Positions 10,057 through 20,113 are shown, counted from the stretch's first letter. The stretch: 64,000 nucleotides of DNA from Promethearchaeota archaeon (GCA_048937405.1 JBHLNF010000001.1:480001-544000); one strand, 5' to 3'. Numbers and translations: made by a program. Notes: a model not told the origin generated them from the sequence alone.

Positions 10057-11082
10057 TTATGTTTTAGGATTTAAAATTTCATCAGCACTGATCTTATCTC
10101 CATACACTTCATAAGCAAGAAATCTTAAACCATCCAAGCCTATAGGTTCTTCTTCAAGCTTTCTCGATTGCCAAATTTTTAATTTTTTGAATTCCTTTTT
10201 AATTGCTTCTACATAACCAAGTTGAAGGTTTCTAATTTTATTACAAAAATCACACTTTTTTGGTTCTGGTACAATCATATTTATATGAACACCCTCTAAA
10301 TTAATATAACGTCGTGTTAAATCTCTAGCTCTTTTGATCTCTTCAAAACTTGGCTTCTCAGCTATAGTCACTAATCTAAGTGACCCAATCTCGTGAATCA
10401 GATCTGAGATTCGTTCTCCCCGCCTTTCTAATTCAACAATCATATTAAAAATATCCTTTCCTAACTCTCGTCTTTCCTCGTAATCATCAAAGGGTTTAAC
10501 TATATTTCGCCACATTTTTGAAACATTACGAATAGCACCCTTAATGGAATTGTAAAAATTTAATGAGTATTTGAGAACAACTTTTACTTGGTCTTCAGGT
10601 ATCTCAAAAAGAGTAATCATGTTTGCTGTAGGGGGAAAATCTGCAATTATTATATCAAATTGAATATCCTGAGTATTAATATCCTCAGCATCTAATATTT
10701 TTTGAAAAAACATAGCATTTTTTAAAGCTAACGGAATGGAATCAGGAGTAAAAGTTTTATCTATAAACTTTTCAATTTGGGGAAGCATTCCTATTAGTGG
10801 CATTTGCCTTGTAAGGTTTTTCATTTTTTCAATTAAATCCTTCGTATATTTCTTAGCATAACTATCCGCATCGGGCTCAATACCCCATAAATTTTTAGTA
10901 AGAGTAGTTACTTTATTTCCAATTTTTAATTTGAATAAATCACTAAGGTTATGGGCCATGTCAAAAGAAATAAGTAAGATTTTTTTTTCAGGAAGTAAAT
11001 CTGAAAGTAAAACTGCTGTAGCAGCACTAATAGAACTTTTCCCTACACCCCCCTTTCCTCCCAAAACAATAATTTTTTCCAT
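10057..11082 (-). CDS. ArsA/Get3(TRC40)-family ATPase, single domain
   Basis: GGKGGVGKS deviant Walker A, D.AHNLSD switch I, C-terminal CDFC. Confidence 0.88.
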   Translation of the reverse strand: MEKIIVLGGKGGVGKSSISAATAVLLSDLLPEKKILLISFDMAHNLSDLFKLKIGNKVTTLTKNLWGIEPDADSYAKKYTKDLIEKMKNLTRQMPLIGMLPQIEKFIDKTFTPDSIPLALKNAMFFQKILDAEDINTQDIQFDIIIADFPPTANMITLFEIPEDQVKVVLKYSLNFYNSIKGAIRNVSKMWRNIVKPFDDYEERRELGKDIFNMIVELERRGERISDLIHEIGSLRLVTIAEKPSFEEIKRARDLTRRYINLEGVHINMIVPEPKKCDFCNKIRNLQLGYVEAIKKEFKKLKIWQSRKLEEEPIGLDGLRFLAYEVYGDKISADEILNPKT

Positions 11083-11627
11083 ATCTCAATTTGGTTTAAA
11101 AGCTTTAATTTATAATATCAAAAATAAAAATAACATAAAAAAATTAACTAAATAGTTTAGAATATTACTATAAAATTCTTCTAATTAGCAAAAAAATAAA
11201 TTGGTAGAATAATTTTAATAGATATTATAGTAAATGTTATCAAGATTATTTATTATATTATAAAAAAAATAATCAATCATAATATTACATTTAATTTATT
11301 AAATTTCCAAATAAATTTATTAAATATTTTTACCAATTAATTAAACCAATTAACAAAATAATAAAAAAAAAATAAAATAATAAAAAGTTCAGTAAATCAA
11401 ACTTACTAGTAAGATAAATAATTATAAATAAGAAGTAGAGCTACATTTCAAGTTTAATAATAATTTACAATATTCTAATAATAGATAAATTTTTTTAAAA
11501 TTTACTAGAAATAGTTAATTTAATATAAGTTCTAATCTAGTTGGCTAGATTCTACTTCTATTTCACAAGACTTCCTTTAAGTTTTTTTTTATTGAACAGA
11601 TTAAAAATTTATAGAATTGAAAAGGAA

Positions 11628-12812
11628 GTGACTAAAATAACAAATCAAAATGAGTTTACAACCAAATACATTATTGAAGTTAAATTCATAATTAAAGGGG
11701 TTGTAGAAAAGTCTGATGTTGTCGGTGCTATATTTGGGCAGACTGAAGGATTACTTTTAGATCTAGATTTAAGGGATCTACAGAAATCAGGACGTATTGG
11801 AAGAATTGAAGTAGAAAATGAATCTAAAGAAGGAATTTCTGAAGGTATTATTAAAATTCCTTCATCCTTAACTAGGAGAGAAACAGCTTTATTAGCTGCA
11901 ACTGTAGAAACTGTATCCCGAGTTGGGCCTTGTGAAGCGGAAATTAAATTAATTGATATTCGAGATGTGAGAGAAACTAAGCGACAAAAAATCATTGAAA
12001 GAGCCACTGAACTCTTAAAAGAATGGGATCAAAAATCATTAGACCAAAGTGAGATCGAAGAACAAATTGATACAGATATTAAACTTGGAGAAATAATTTC
12101 ATGGGGATCAGAAAACCTCCCAGCTGGTCCGGAAGTAGAAACTAACCCAGAATTAATTATTGTTGAAGGTCGAGCTGATGTTCTTAATTTATTAAGAATT
12201 GGGGTTAAAAATACTATAGCTGTTCAAGGAACTCATGTACCAAAATCCGTTATTAAATTAGCTAAGCAAAAAAAATCTGTAACTGCTTTTGTAGATGGAG
12301 ACCGGGGTGGAATGATTATCCTCAATGAACTTCTACAAGTCACTAAGATTAACAAAGTTGCTAGAGCACCTGATGGATATGAAGTTGAAGAATTGACTCG
12401 AAAACAAATGATAAAAGCTTTACAAAATAAAAAACCAGCAAAATCTATAAAAATACCTAAAGAAAATGGCATTGATAGAAAATCTATTGGAGAACATACA
12501 ACAAATTTTCAAAAAATCTTAAAAAAACTTAAAATTAAAGATGAAAATATTATAATCGAAGCAACTAAGAATATTAATGCTGGTTTTGCTATTGGCTTTA
12601 ATAAGAATCTTGAAAAATTGTTTGATATACCTGTAGGTGAAATATTTGAAAAAATTAGAGATTTTAAAGATACCAAGTTTTTGATTATTGATGGGATTTT
12701 AACAAAAAGGCTTCTTTCTCTCTCATTAAGTATGAAAATCAAATTCATTGCATGTAAAAATAAAGAAGAAGAATTAACAATTCCAGAGCAAATATTGATA
12801 CATTTCTTTTAA
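11628..12812 (+). CDS. dnaG: Archaeal DnaG-like primase / exosome-associated protein
   Basis: GVVEKSDVVGAIFGQTEGLL..DLRDLQKSGRIGRI and TOPRIM IIVEGRADV, FVDGDRGG. The likely start is GTG at 11628 behind AAGGAA rather than TTG at 11541. Confidence 0.93.
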   Translation: MTKITNQNEFTTKYIIEVKFIIKGVVEKSDVVGAIFGQTEGLLLDLDLRDLQKSGRIGRIEVENESKEGISEGIIKIPSSLTRRETALLAATVETVSRVGPCEAEIKLIDIRDVRETKRQKIIERATELLKEWDQKSLDQSEIEEQIDTDIKLGEIISWGSENLPAGPEVETNPELIIVEGRADVLNLLRIGVKNTIAVQGTHVPKSVIKLAKQKKSVTAFVDGDRGGMIILNELLQVTKINKVARAPDGYEVEELTRKQMIKALQNKKPAKSIKIPKENGIDRKSIGEHTTNFQKILKKLKIKDENIIIEATKNINAGFAIGFNKNLEKLFDIPVGEIFEKIRDFKDTKFLIIDGILTKRLLSLSLSMKIKFIACKNKEEELTIPEQILIHFF

Positions 12813-12842
12813 ATGTAAATTTTTTCTCTTATAGAATTATTT

Positions 12843-13082
12843 TCATTTAAGAAAATCTAGAACAGAAAAGATAGATTGTATCACATATGAAACTACACCC
12901 AAGACTAAGATTCCTATTATACAAATTTTGAAAACTAAGAAATAATCTTTCCTTTTTGGCTTACTTGCCACTTTCATTATTCTTCTTGAATTTCGGAAAA
13001 AAATTACCAGTCTCTCATAAAGACCTGGTTTTTTTTTTTTCTTTGCCTTACTATACTTATCATATTTCGGGTAGGTTGACAC
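12843..13082 (-). CDS. secE: Protein translocase SecE / Sec61-gamma
   Basis: RRIMKVASKPKRKDY followed by a single C-terminal TM helix; downstream of ftsY. Confidence 0.88.
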   Translation of the reverse strand: MSTYPKYDKYSKAKKKKKPGLYERLVIFFRNSRRIMKVASKPKRKDYFLVFKICIIGILVLGVVSYVIQSIFSVLDFLK

Positions 13083-13143
13083 ATTAAAAATAAAGAATTT
13101 TCAGATAAAAATTTATCTCTTAAGCCTTGAGAATTATTTGATT

Positions 13144-14037
13144 TTAAACAAGATCTAAAATATTTGATACAAATAATTCACGATCAAATAGAATTAAATC
13201 ATCATAATCTTGTCCTACTCCACAAAAAATTATTGGCTTCTTTGTTTCAAAAGAAATTGACAAAGCAGCACCACCTTTAGCATCCGCATCAAGTTTAGTT
13301 AATATATTTGCATCAATCCCAACATGCTTTTTAAACTCTTTTGCTTGAAATAGAGCATCATTACCTGCTAAACTATCACCTATAAAAAGAATTAAATCAG
13401 GTTTGGCAACTCTACATATTTTTTGAATTTCAATCATCAAATTCTTATCTGTAACTTGTCTTCCCGCTGTATCAACTAAAACAACATCTATATTTTTAGC
13501 TTTTGCATGTTCAATGGCGTCATAAGCCACAGAAGCAGGATCAGATTTATACTCATGTTTTATGACTCTTATTCCTACATTATCCATATGATATTTCAAC
13601 TGTTCAATTGCAGCTGCTCGAAACGTGTCCGCTGCTGCTGCTACAATTGAAAAACCATCTTTTTTTAAATAATTAGCGATTTTAGCCATAGTGGTCGTTT
13701 TTCCAGTACCATTTACACCAAGAAATACAATCACATAAGGTTTCGGTGTTTTCTTTTTTATATCTTCATATAAATTGATATCTTCTTCTGGTGTTAAAAT
13801 CTCAGTTATCGTTTCTTTTAAAGTCTCAAATAACATTTTTTGGGTTGATAATAATCTACTTAGTTGTTCTCCTTTAAAAGATTCAGTAATTCTTCTGCAA
13901 ATTTCATCAGCGGTATCGATAGCTACATCATTACTTAAAAGTAGTAATTTTAAATCTTGTATCGCATTAGTTATTTTTTTTTCAGTTAGAGTTTTTTTTA
14001 CAAAAGAAGAAAACGTACTTTTTAGTTTTTCAAGCAT
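13144..14037 (-). CDS. ftsY: Signal recognition particle receptor FtsY
   Basis: GVNGTGKTTT, DTFRAAA, DTAGR, TKLDADAKGG motifs. Confidence 0.97.
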   Translation of the reverse strand: MLEKLKSTFSSFVKKTLTEKKITNAIQDLKLLLLSNDVAIDTADEICRRITESFKGEQLSRLLSTQKMLFETLKETITEILTPEEDINLYEDIKKKTPKPYVIVFLGVNGTGKTTTMAKIANYLKKDGFSIVAAAADTFRAAAIEQLKYHMDNVGIRVIKHEYKSDPASVAYDAIEHAKAKNIDVVLVDTAGRQVTDKNLMIEIQKICRVAKPDLILFIGDSLAGNDALFQAKEFKKHVGIDANILTKLDADAKGGAALSISFETKKPIIFCGVGQDYDDLILFDRELFVSNILDLV

Positions 14038-14096
14038 TTATCTCTCCTAAAGGATTTAAACTATATTTTATCTAAAACAAGTCTAATTAAATAATT

Positions 14097-14522
14097 CTAT
14101 TCTTTTGAATAGGTTTTCTGAACAATATCAGAAATTTGTCTGAGTGTCATTTCCACTTTTTGTAATTGAGTTCGTAAGTATTCAATTTGTTGATTATGTT
14201 GTTCCATACTTTTATCAAGGAATTCAATTGCTCCATTTATATCTTTCTCGATAACAACATCTTGAGGAATAGATACTAAAACCTTCTCTGGGTTTTTAAT
14301 AATTGCTTTAATATTTACTAAACCACCAATTGGTATAAGTATTTCATCACCTTCTTTTACACCTTCTTTTATATTTTGAAGAGTTGTTTTAATATTCAAT
14401 AAATTACCTAGAGAAGCATTCATGAATTCTAACTGTCCTTGAATCATATTATATTGTTCCCTAAAGTATTGTATTTGTATTAGTTGTTCTTGATATTCTT
14501 GAGAAACGTCCATTTTTATCAA
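14097..14522 (-). CDS. pfdA: Prefoldin alpha subunit
   Basis: Coiled coil - EILIPIGG beta-hairpins - coiled coil; canonical position before ftsY. Confidence 0.92.
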   Translation of the reverse strand: MIKMDVSQEYQEQLIQIQYFREQYNMIQGQLEFMNASLGNLLNIKTTLQNIKEGVKEGDEILIPIGGLVNIKAIIKNPEKVLVSIPQDVVIEKDINGAIEFLDKSMEQHNQQIEYLRTQLQKVEMTLRQISDIVQKTYSKE

Positions 14523-14545
14523 TTCAATTTACATTTCTTTTTTAT

Positions 14546-14773
14546 TTATTCTGATAATTCTCTAATAAGATGATCTTGTGATTCATTTAAAGATATTTCT
14601 TTTATTTCTTGGATTTTAATTTTGCGCCTAAAAATACCAATTGATGTAATTTGACTTAAGATATTTTCAAGTGCATCTTCTTTCTTCAAGGCGCGAATCT
14701 CTTTTCGAAACAAATATTTCTTATGATTTTTATTATAGTTTCCAATAATTCTGAAAATTTTTATTTCTGACAT
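14546..14773 (-). CDS. rpl18a: 50S ribosomal protein L18Ae/LX (eL20)
   Basis: FRKEIRALKKEDALE motif; canonical position between aIF6 and pfdA. Confidence 0.88.
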   Translation of the reverse strand: MSEIKIFRIIGNYNKNHKKYLFRKEIRALKKEDALENILSQITSIGIFRRKIKIQEIKEISLNESQDHLIRELSE

Positions 14774-14869
14774 AACTAATTATTTCCACAGTTTAAGAAC
14801 TTTTAAAATTGGAAAATTTTTCAAAAAATATTAATTTTTCCATTTTTCCGCTTCGATAAAGAAATAGGT

Positions 14870-15541
14870 TTAAAGTTTAAGAACCGATGTAAGTCTCATT
14901 AATTCTGGACCTGTAGAAGCCATTCCAAATATTCCACTTTTATCGTTTACTATTGCTCCTGAACTTAAATATGGTACTCCACGATTAATAGTTGAAACAT
15001 CAACCTCATTAACCTTTAAAACCGATGATATAAATTCAATCTCCTCATCTGTAGATAGGGGATGTACTAAACAACCAAAATTGTTTGTTATTGATATTGA
15101 TCCCGGAAGGAAATAATTCGCAAAATCAAAGATAACAGTTTCAACATTTAGAATATCTTCAATCTCAATCCTATAATTTTCTAAGAATGAACTAATTATC
15201 GCACCTTTATCATTACATAAGATTAAATTACCAAAGGTATTATCAATAGACTTTAATACCCCTATATTACACGATTTGTCTACGAATGATCTTAAATTGT
15301 TTAATTCATCTTCTCGTATAATATGTGGAACAATTATTCCATATTTATTCGATACTGAATAAACTCCAAGTAAATTAGAATTATTGATTGTAAGTGGATA
15401 GAAAGGTTCTTCAAAAATAGCTTTGATTTTTTTTAATGTAGATTTTAATAATGTTGGTGGATAAAGGATAAAAGAATTATTTCCAGTTAAAAATATTCCC
15501 ACTAAATTTCGACCAAAAATTTGAGCCTTAATAATAGCCAT
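14870..15541 (-). CDS. eif6: Translation initiation factor 6 (aIF6/eIF6)
   Basis: GNLILCNDKGAI, TINRG and STGPEL motifs; operon context. Confidence 0.93.
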   Translation of the reverse strand: MAIIKAQIFGRNLVGIFLTGNNSFILYPPTLLKSTLKKIKAIFEEPFYPLTINNSNLLGVYSVSNKYGIIVPHIIREDELNNLRSFVDKSCNIGVLKSIDNTFGNLILCNDKGAIISSFLENYRIEIEDILNVETVIFDFANYFLPGSISITNNFGCLVHPLSTDEEIEFISSVLKVNEVDVSTINRGVPYLSSGAIVNDKSGIFGMASTGPELMRLTSVLKL

Positions 15542-15627
15542 TTATGATAAACTGATATAATTCTAATTCTTAAATTTTAGTTAAAAAGAGTATAAGGTTT
15601 TTAAAATTTTCTTGTACTTAGAAAAAT

Positions 15628-16074
15628 TTAACTTAAATAAACAACAACTAACCCATCTATATTTTTAGTTGCTCTTACTTTTATTTTTCGTGGTGGCTTT
15701 TGAATTCCTCTGGACCAAATATGTTCATTCACTTCTTGAGTTATAATTAAAGATTCTGGCTTGAAATGACGTGTCATATATTCTTTTAAATATTTAATTG
15801 CCTTTTTAGCTCTTTTGTTTCTTGGTCCTTTTCGAGCCTTAGCAAGAGGGATAATATATATCCTTTCATCAATAATTTCTTCTTTTGGAGCTTCTATTTC
15901 CTCCTCTTCTTCTCTTTCTAAAATCCCTTCTTCAAAAACTTCCCTTATTTCTTCTTCTTCAGAGATTTCATCTAAACTAAATTCTTCAATCTCTTCAATT
16001 TCTTCTGGTTCTTCAGAATCTCCTAATTCCTCTTCCAAATTCTCTAATTCAATTTCTTTTTCCTTTTTTCCCAT
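15628..16074 (-). CDS. rpl31e: 50S ribosomal protein L31e with a long acidic N-terminal extension
   Basis: ERIYIIPL...RAKKAIKYLK...VNEHIWSRGIQKPPRKIKVR; the first ~65 aa are Glu-rich. Confidence 0.93.
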   Translation of the reverse strand: MGKKEKEIELENLEEELGDSEEPEEIEEIEEFSLDEISEEEEIREVFEEGILEREEEEEIEAPKEEIIDERIYIIPLAKARKGPRNKRAKKAIKYLKEYMTRHFKPESLIITQEVNEHIWSRGIQKPPRKIKVRATKNIDGLVVVYLS

Positions 16075-16102
16075 TATCCTTCATTTTGATATTTTATATT
16101 CT

Positions 16103-16264
16103 TTAATCTCGTTTTATTCGTGTATTCCGCCATTTTCTATCTGTATGAGGGCTACTTCTTATTCTGCGATTTGTCTTTATCATAACCCAATTTGGAATTG
16201 ATTGACTCTGCTTATATTTCTTTGCTCTTCGTAATTTCGAAGGTAAATCCTTATTTCTTGCCAT
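16103..16264 (-). CDS. rpl39e: 50S ribosomal protein L39e
   Basis: Manual translation MARNKDLPSKLRRAKKYKQSQSIPNWVMIKTNRRIRSSPHTDRKWRNTRIKRD (53 aa); canonical position; below the ORF-track cutoff. Confidence 0.93.
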   Translation of the reverse strand: MARNKDLPSKLRRAKKYKQSQSIPNWVMIKTNRRIRSSPHTDRKWRNTRIKRD

Positions 16265-16302
16265 AAATCTTAATCTCTTTAAAATTTTAATGATTTTTTA
16301 AA

Positions 16303-16644
16303 TTATTTTTTTATTTTAAATTCTTTCTTTCGTCCCATTGAAGATATTTGTTCTAAAAGCTTTTTAAATGCTTTATCTGGTAAAGGAATTGCACCTCTCA
16401 GTTGTCCTGTTTGAAATAACTGAATCAATTGTAATTCAATTTGTTGTGCAAATTCTGGTTTAACCATCCGGATATTTTCTAATCTTTGTCTTCCTTCTTG
16501 ACTTAAGATCTTTCTCATAAGTTGATATTTTTTATTTTCAAATTCTTTTTGTTGGGCTTCTGCTATTTGTTGTTGAACTGCTTGTTGTTGCAATTCCTGT
16601 AGCTTTCTTTTTCTGATATTATCTAATTCTTCGTCATTACTCAC
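16303..16644 (-). CDS. PDCD5/TFAR19-like DNA-binding protein
   Basis: DEELDNIRKRKLQELQ...ILSQEGRQRLENIRMVKPE motif; follows rps19e. Confidence 0.92.
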   Translation of the reverse strand: MSNDEELDNIRKRKLQELQQQAVQQQIAEAQQKEFENKKYQLMRKILSQEGRQRLENIRMVKPEFAQQIELQLIQLFQTGQLRGAIPLPDKAFKKLLEQISSMGRKKEFKIKK

Positions 16645-16675
16645 GTTAGACCCCTAAAGTTCTTATATTTTAGGT

Positions 16676-17095
16676 TTAATGTCGTAAAATTAAATATGCT
16701 GTTCTTTCTAATAAACTTGTACCTTCAGCAGAAACTATTCTTCCTTCTTTTTCAACCTTTAAGAGTAATTTTGCATTTTCTAACTGTTGTAAAGCTACTC
16801 TAATAATTTTCCCACTTCCCTTAGCAGAATGACTTCGACCAGGACCTTTTCTATTTCGCCCCCCATAAAATTTTCGAAGTTTGTTTACCCCAATAGGTCC
16901 AAATTTCTTCACCTTCCTAAGAAGTGAGGCACATCTGATATACCAGAAGTTTTCAGAATCGTGTGGTGCTAATTCTTTAAAAAAGGCAGTTTTCCAAAAT
17001 TCTGATCCTTCAGGAGGGGAAATTTCTGGATACTCTCTCAATTTTTCTGCTATTGCTTCGACAAGTTTTTCTGGTTGAACGACATATATAGACAT
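16676..17095 (-). CDS. rps19e: 30S ribosomal protein S19e
   Basis: WYIRCASLLRK...GVNKLRKFYGG...GSGKIIRVALQQLE. Confidence 0.96.
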   Translation of the reverse strand: MSIYVVQPEKLVEAIAEKLREYPEISPPEGSEFWKTAFFKELAPHDSENFWYIRCASLLRKVKKFGPIGVNKLRKFYGGRNRKGPGRSHSAKGSGKIIRVALQQLENAKLLLKVEKEGRIVSAEGTSLLERTAYLILRH

Positions 17096-17187
17096 GATCT
17101 TTAATTCTATACTTCTTTATTAACTATAATACGTTTAAAAAGTCAGAATAAATTAAAAATTTTTCCTATTTTTTGTGTTCTAGAACG

Positions 17188-17460
17188 ATGGATTACCAAA
17201 AAGAATTTAAGAAGGCTTTATTATCGCAACCGGATTGTATTTTGGGAAAAAATGGGATAACGAATGAGTTTATTAACCATGCAAATAAGTTATTAAAAAG
17301 ATATAAAATAATAAAAGTCAAAGCATTAAAATCCATAGCAACAAAATCGAATATAAAAGAATTAGCTAGTAAAATTTCACAATTAACATGCTCTTATCTA
17401 ATCGATGTCAGAGGTAAAATATTCATACTTTCCTTATTGAAGTTAGATAAGCCAAAATGA
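17188..17460 (+). CDS. YhbY/CRM-domain RNA-binding protein
   Basis: ILGKNGITNEFI...IIKVK...IDVRGKIFIL. The ATG at 17188 is the more likely start than TTG at 17173. Confidence 0.82.
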   Translation: MDYQKEFKKALLSQPDCILGKNGITNEFINHANKLLKRYKIIKVKALKSIATKSNIKELASKISQLTCSYLIDVRGKIFILSLLKLDKPK

Positions 17461-17483
17461 AAAAAGTTATAAAGATAATTTAG

Positions 17484-17819
17484 ATGCCAAAAAGGAGTAA
17501 AAATTCAAAACATATTGTAAAAAAAATTGCAAATTCCAGAATGCTTTATTTATTTCAGAAAGCTCACGAAATATTTCCTAAAGATCCAAAATTAGCAAAT
17601 CGTTACACGTATTTGGCAAGACGGTATGCTCAAAGAACAAGGATAAAAATTCCTGAGGAGTGGAAAAAAAGAATTTGTAATAAATGTAAAATGTTTTTAT
17701 ATCCAGGATTGAATTACAGGATTAGAATGCATTCAAAAGGAAAAGGCTCTCATGTTTCTTTAACTTGTTTTGAATGTAATAAATCTACAAGATACTTTAT
17801 AAAATTAAAAACATACTAA
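17484..17819 (+). CDS. rnp4: Ribonuclease P protein subunit Rpp21
   Basis: IA..RM..LF..A, LA.RY...AR, and zinc ligands CNKC...CFEC. Confidence 0.92.
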   Translation: MPKRSKNSKHIVKKIANSRMLYLFQKAHEIFPKDPKLANRYTYLARRYAQRTRIKIPEEWKKRICNKCKMFLYPGLNYRIRMHSKGKGSHVSLTCFECNKSTRYFIKLKTY

Positions 17820-17856
17820 ATTAGAAGTAACATTCAAAAAATCTTTTGTAATTGTT

Positions 17857-18531
17857 ATGCCATTAATTATTGTCTTTACTGAATGTGGTTTAGAATTAAT
17901 TCCTAAACAAATACGCTCTCACCCTGCAGTTAAGAAAAATTTAACACCAAAAATTTACGCCTCTCAACTCTTAGATAACACATTACATTTTTCTGCGATG
18001 AAAAATTTGAAAAATTTTCAAAAAAGAGGAAGACCAGATATCACTCATATATGTTTACTCAATGCATTAGGATCATCTCTCAATAAAAGTGGAAATCTAA
18101 TCTTGTTTGTTCATACGTTTAATAATAAAATTTTCAAATTTAATCCTGAAATTAGGATAGCAAGAAATTATAATCGATTTAAAGGGCTGATAGCTAAAAT
18201 GTTAATAGATGGGAGAATTGAGATAGAATCTTTAAAACTTATTACTCCATTCGAAGGTAATCTGCAGAACCTTATAGATAATTTTGAAGATCCAGAAGTA
18301 TTTATCTTATCGAGTAAGGGTAAAAGAAATAAAGATTATAAAGAATTATTTGCAAAGGATATAAAAAAAAATTATATTGCACTTATTGGTGGATTTCAAA
18401 AAAATGGATTCTCGAAATATGTCATAAATCTTTCAGATAATTTAATTTCTATTTCTGAATACTCTTTGGATGCTTGGATTGTTACCAATAGAATTATAAC
18501 TTACTATGAACTTATTTATGGTATTCTTTAA
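17857..18531 (+). CDS. nep1: 16S rRNA pseudouridine N1-methyltransferase Nep1/Emg1 (SPOUT)
   Basis: LLD...H, RGRPDITH..LL, RNYNRFKGL, IGGF motifs. Confidence 0.93.
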   Translation: MPLIIVFTECGLELIPKQIRSHPAVKKNLTPKIYASQLLDNTLHFSAMKNLKNFQKRGRPDITHICLLNALGSSLNKSGNLILFVHTFNNKIFKFNPEIRIARNYNRFKGLIAKMLIDGRIEIESLKLITPFEGNLQNLIDNFEDPEVFILSSKGKRNKDYKELFAKDIKKNYIALIGGFQKNGFSKYVINLSDNLISISEYSLDAWIVTNRIITYYELIYGIL

Positions 18532-18593
18532 AATCACTAAAATTAAAAGAAATGATAAATTTTTAAACTTACACTGACTTCTAAAATTTTCAA

Positions 18594-18665
18594 GCGCGAT
18601 TAGTCTAGTGGTCAGGATCTCGGCCTTCCAAGCCGATGACCCGGGTTCAATTCCCGGATCGCGCA
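18594..18665 (+). tRNA. tRNA-Gly(UCC), intronless, CCA not encoded
   Basis: Acceptor GCGCGAT/ATCGCGC; anticodon arm TCGGC-CTTCCAA-GCCGA; T-arm CCGGG-TTCAATT-CCCGG. Confidence 0.96.
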
Positions 18666-18819
18666 TATCGTCAACATTTTTATCACTTTAAAATCAAATC
18701 AATAAAATAAATCTTCGTGAAAGGATGGTTTCACGATGTTTTCACCAAAAAAAAAAAACCAATTTTTTATTTATAATTAAAAAGACAAAAAGTTATATTT
18801 ACATAATTGTATATAATTG

Positions 18820-18888
18820 GTGAAAAAACGTCTCTAATTACAATTTTAGATCACTTCAAAATTTTCTGTAAAAACGGCGTTTTTTCAC
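18820..18888. repeat. 13-bp imperfect inverted repeat pair
   Basis: GTGAAAAAACGTC (18820-18832) versus GGCGTTTTTTCAC (18876-18888), 12/13 complementary. Confidence 0.55.
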
Positions 18889-18976
18889 TTCTTTTAGAGT
18901 AAATATAGATTATTAGAATTAATCTTAAATTTTTTCCTTTACTATTGACCTTTACTGAAAAAATGTATTCATTGTA

Positions 18977-20113
18977 ATGGTTAAGTATATTTATAAGGAA
19001 TTTAAATCTGTTCTAAATAAATTAAAATTTCCAGATTCATGGTTTTGGTCTCGCTATACCCTGAATACTTATTCAGGATGTGCTCATGCGTGTATTTATT
19101 GTGACGCCCGTAGTCAACGATACTATATTGAAGACTTTGAGAATGAAGTAATCATTAAGACAAATTTTGACAAAAAATTAGATCAGAGATTTAAAAGAGC
19201 ACGAACATTATTACCTGATATAATAGCCCCTGGTGGAGTAAATGATGTTTATCAACCAATTGAAAAGAAGATTGAACATACTAGAAAAATTTTAGGAATC
19301 ATAGCAAAACATAAATTTCCTATCAATATTGCAACTAAATCTAACTTAATCACTCGAGATATAGATATTCTTGAAAAAATCGCTTTCGATACGTGGTGTA
19401 CTATCGGATTTTCAATTAGTACAAGTGATGATGAACTCGCTAAATTCTTAGAACCTTTTTCATCCAAACCCTCTGAAAGACTTGAAGCTCTTAAGACCAT
19501 TAAAAAACAGGCCCCTAATATTCAAATTGGTACATATTTTATTCCAATTATCCCATTTTTAGAAGATAACGATGAAGATCTAGAAGATGTAATAAAAAAA
19601 TCAAAAGAAGTAGGGGCGGATTTTATTTTATTTTCTCCTGGTTTGACACTACGAGATTCTCAAGCTCAATATTTTATCAATAAATTGAAAAAAAGTAAAT
19701 ATTCCAACATTGTTAAACCACTATTAAATTTGTATAAAGGACAAATTCATCCACCATCAGATTATACCAAAAGAATCAACACACGATTATGGAATTTATG
19801 TCAAAAATATAAAGTTAATATCCGAGTAAAACGTTGGATTCCTTCAGATTTCCGGAAATGGAATTATATATTATCAGAATTTCTCCTAAATAGCGAATAT
19901 ATAGATGCTTTAAAAACAGGGAAAACTAATAAAAAATTAATGTGGGCAGGATTAAATCTAAATAACCTGGATGAATCGATTCTGGATGTTTATAAAAGAG
20001 GTGAATTACACACTATTAAGAGTTTTACCCCTAAAATAATTAGGATTGTTGAATCTTACTTAAAAAAAAGAATAGATTTAAAACAAAAGACGGGGTTAGA
20101 GAAATTTCTATAA
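18977..20113 (+). CDS. Radical SAM protein, SplB-like / Rv2578c-like (putative DNA repair)
   Basis: NTYSGCAHACIYCDAR, D.YQPIE, TKS.LI.RD.D, LEP....S.RL motifs. Confidence 0.85.
   Translation: MVKYIYKEFKSVLNKLKFPDSWFWSRYTLNTYSGCAHACIYCDARSQRYYIEDFENEVIIKTNFDKKLDQRFKRARTLLPDIIAPGGVNDVYQPIEKKIEHTRKILGIIAKHKFPINIATKSNLITRDIDILEKIAFDTWCTIGFSISTSDDELAKFLEPFSSKPSERLEALKTIKKQAPNIQIGTYFIPIIPFLEDNDEDLEDVIKKSKEVGADFILFSPGLTLRDSQAQYFINKLKKSKYSNIVKPLLNLYKGQIHPPSDYTKRINTRLWNLCQKYKVNIRVKRWIPSDFRKWNYILSEFLLNSEYIDALKTGKTNKKLMWAGLNLNNLDESILDVYKRGELHTIKSFTPKIIRIVESYLKKRIDLKQKTGLEKFL

Noticed and set aside
11156-11627. Long AT-rich intergenic region as a replication origin
   Set aside because: No ORB-like G-string repeats and no adjacent orc1/cdc6; it is adequately explained as a divergent promoter region.
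15815-16201. Ser-rich 128-aa plus-strand ORF
   Set aside because: Antisense shadow of the Glu-rich rpl31e and of rpl39e.
18442-18666. 74-aa minus-strand ORF (MRDPGIEPGSSAWKA...)
   Set aside because: It is the antisense reading of tRNA-Gly and the nep1 end, a classic tRNA shadow ORF.
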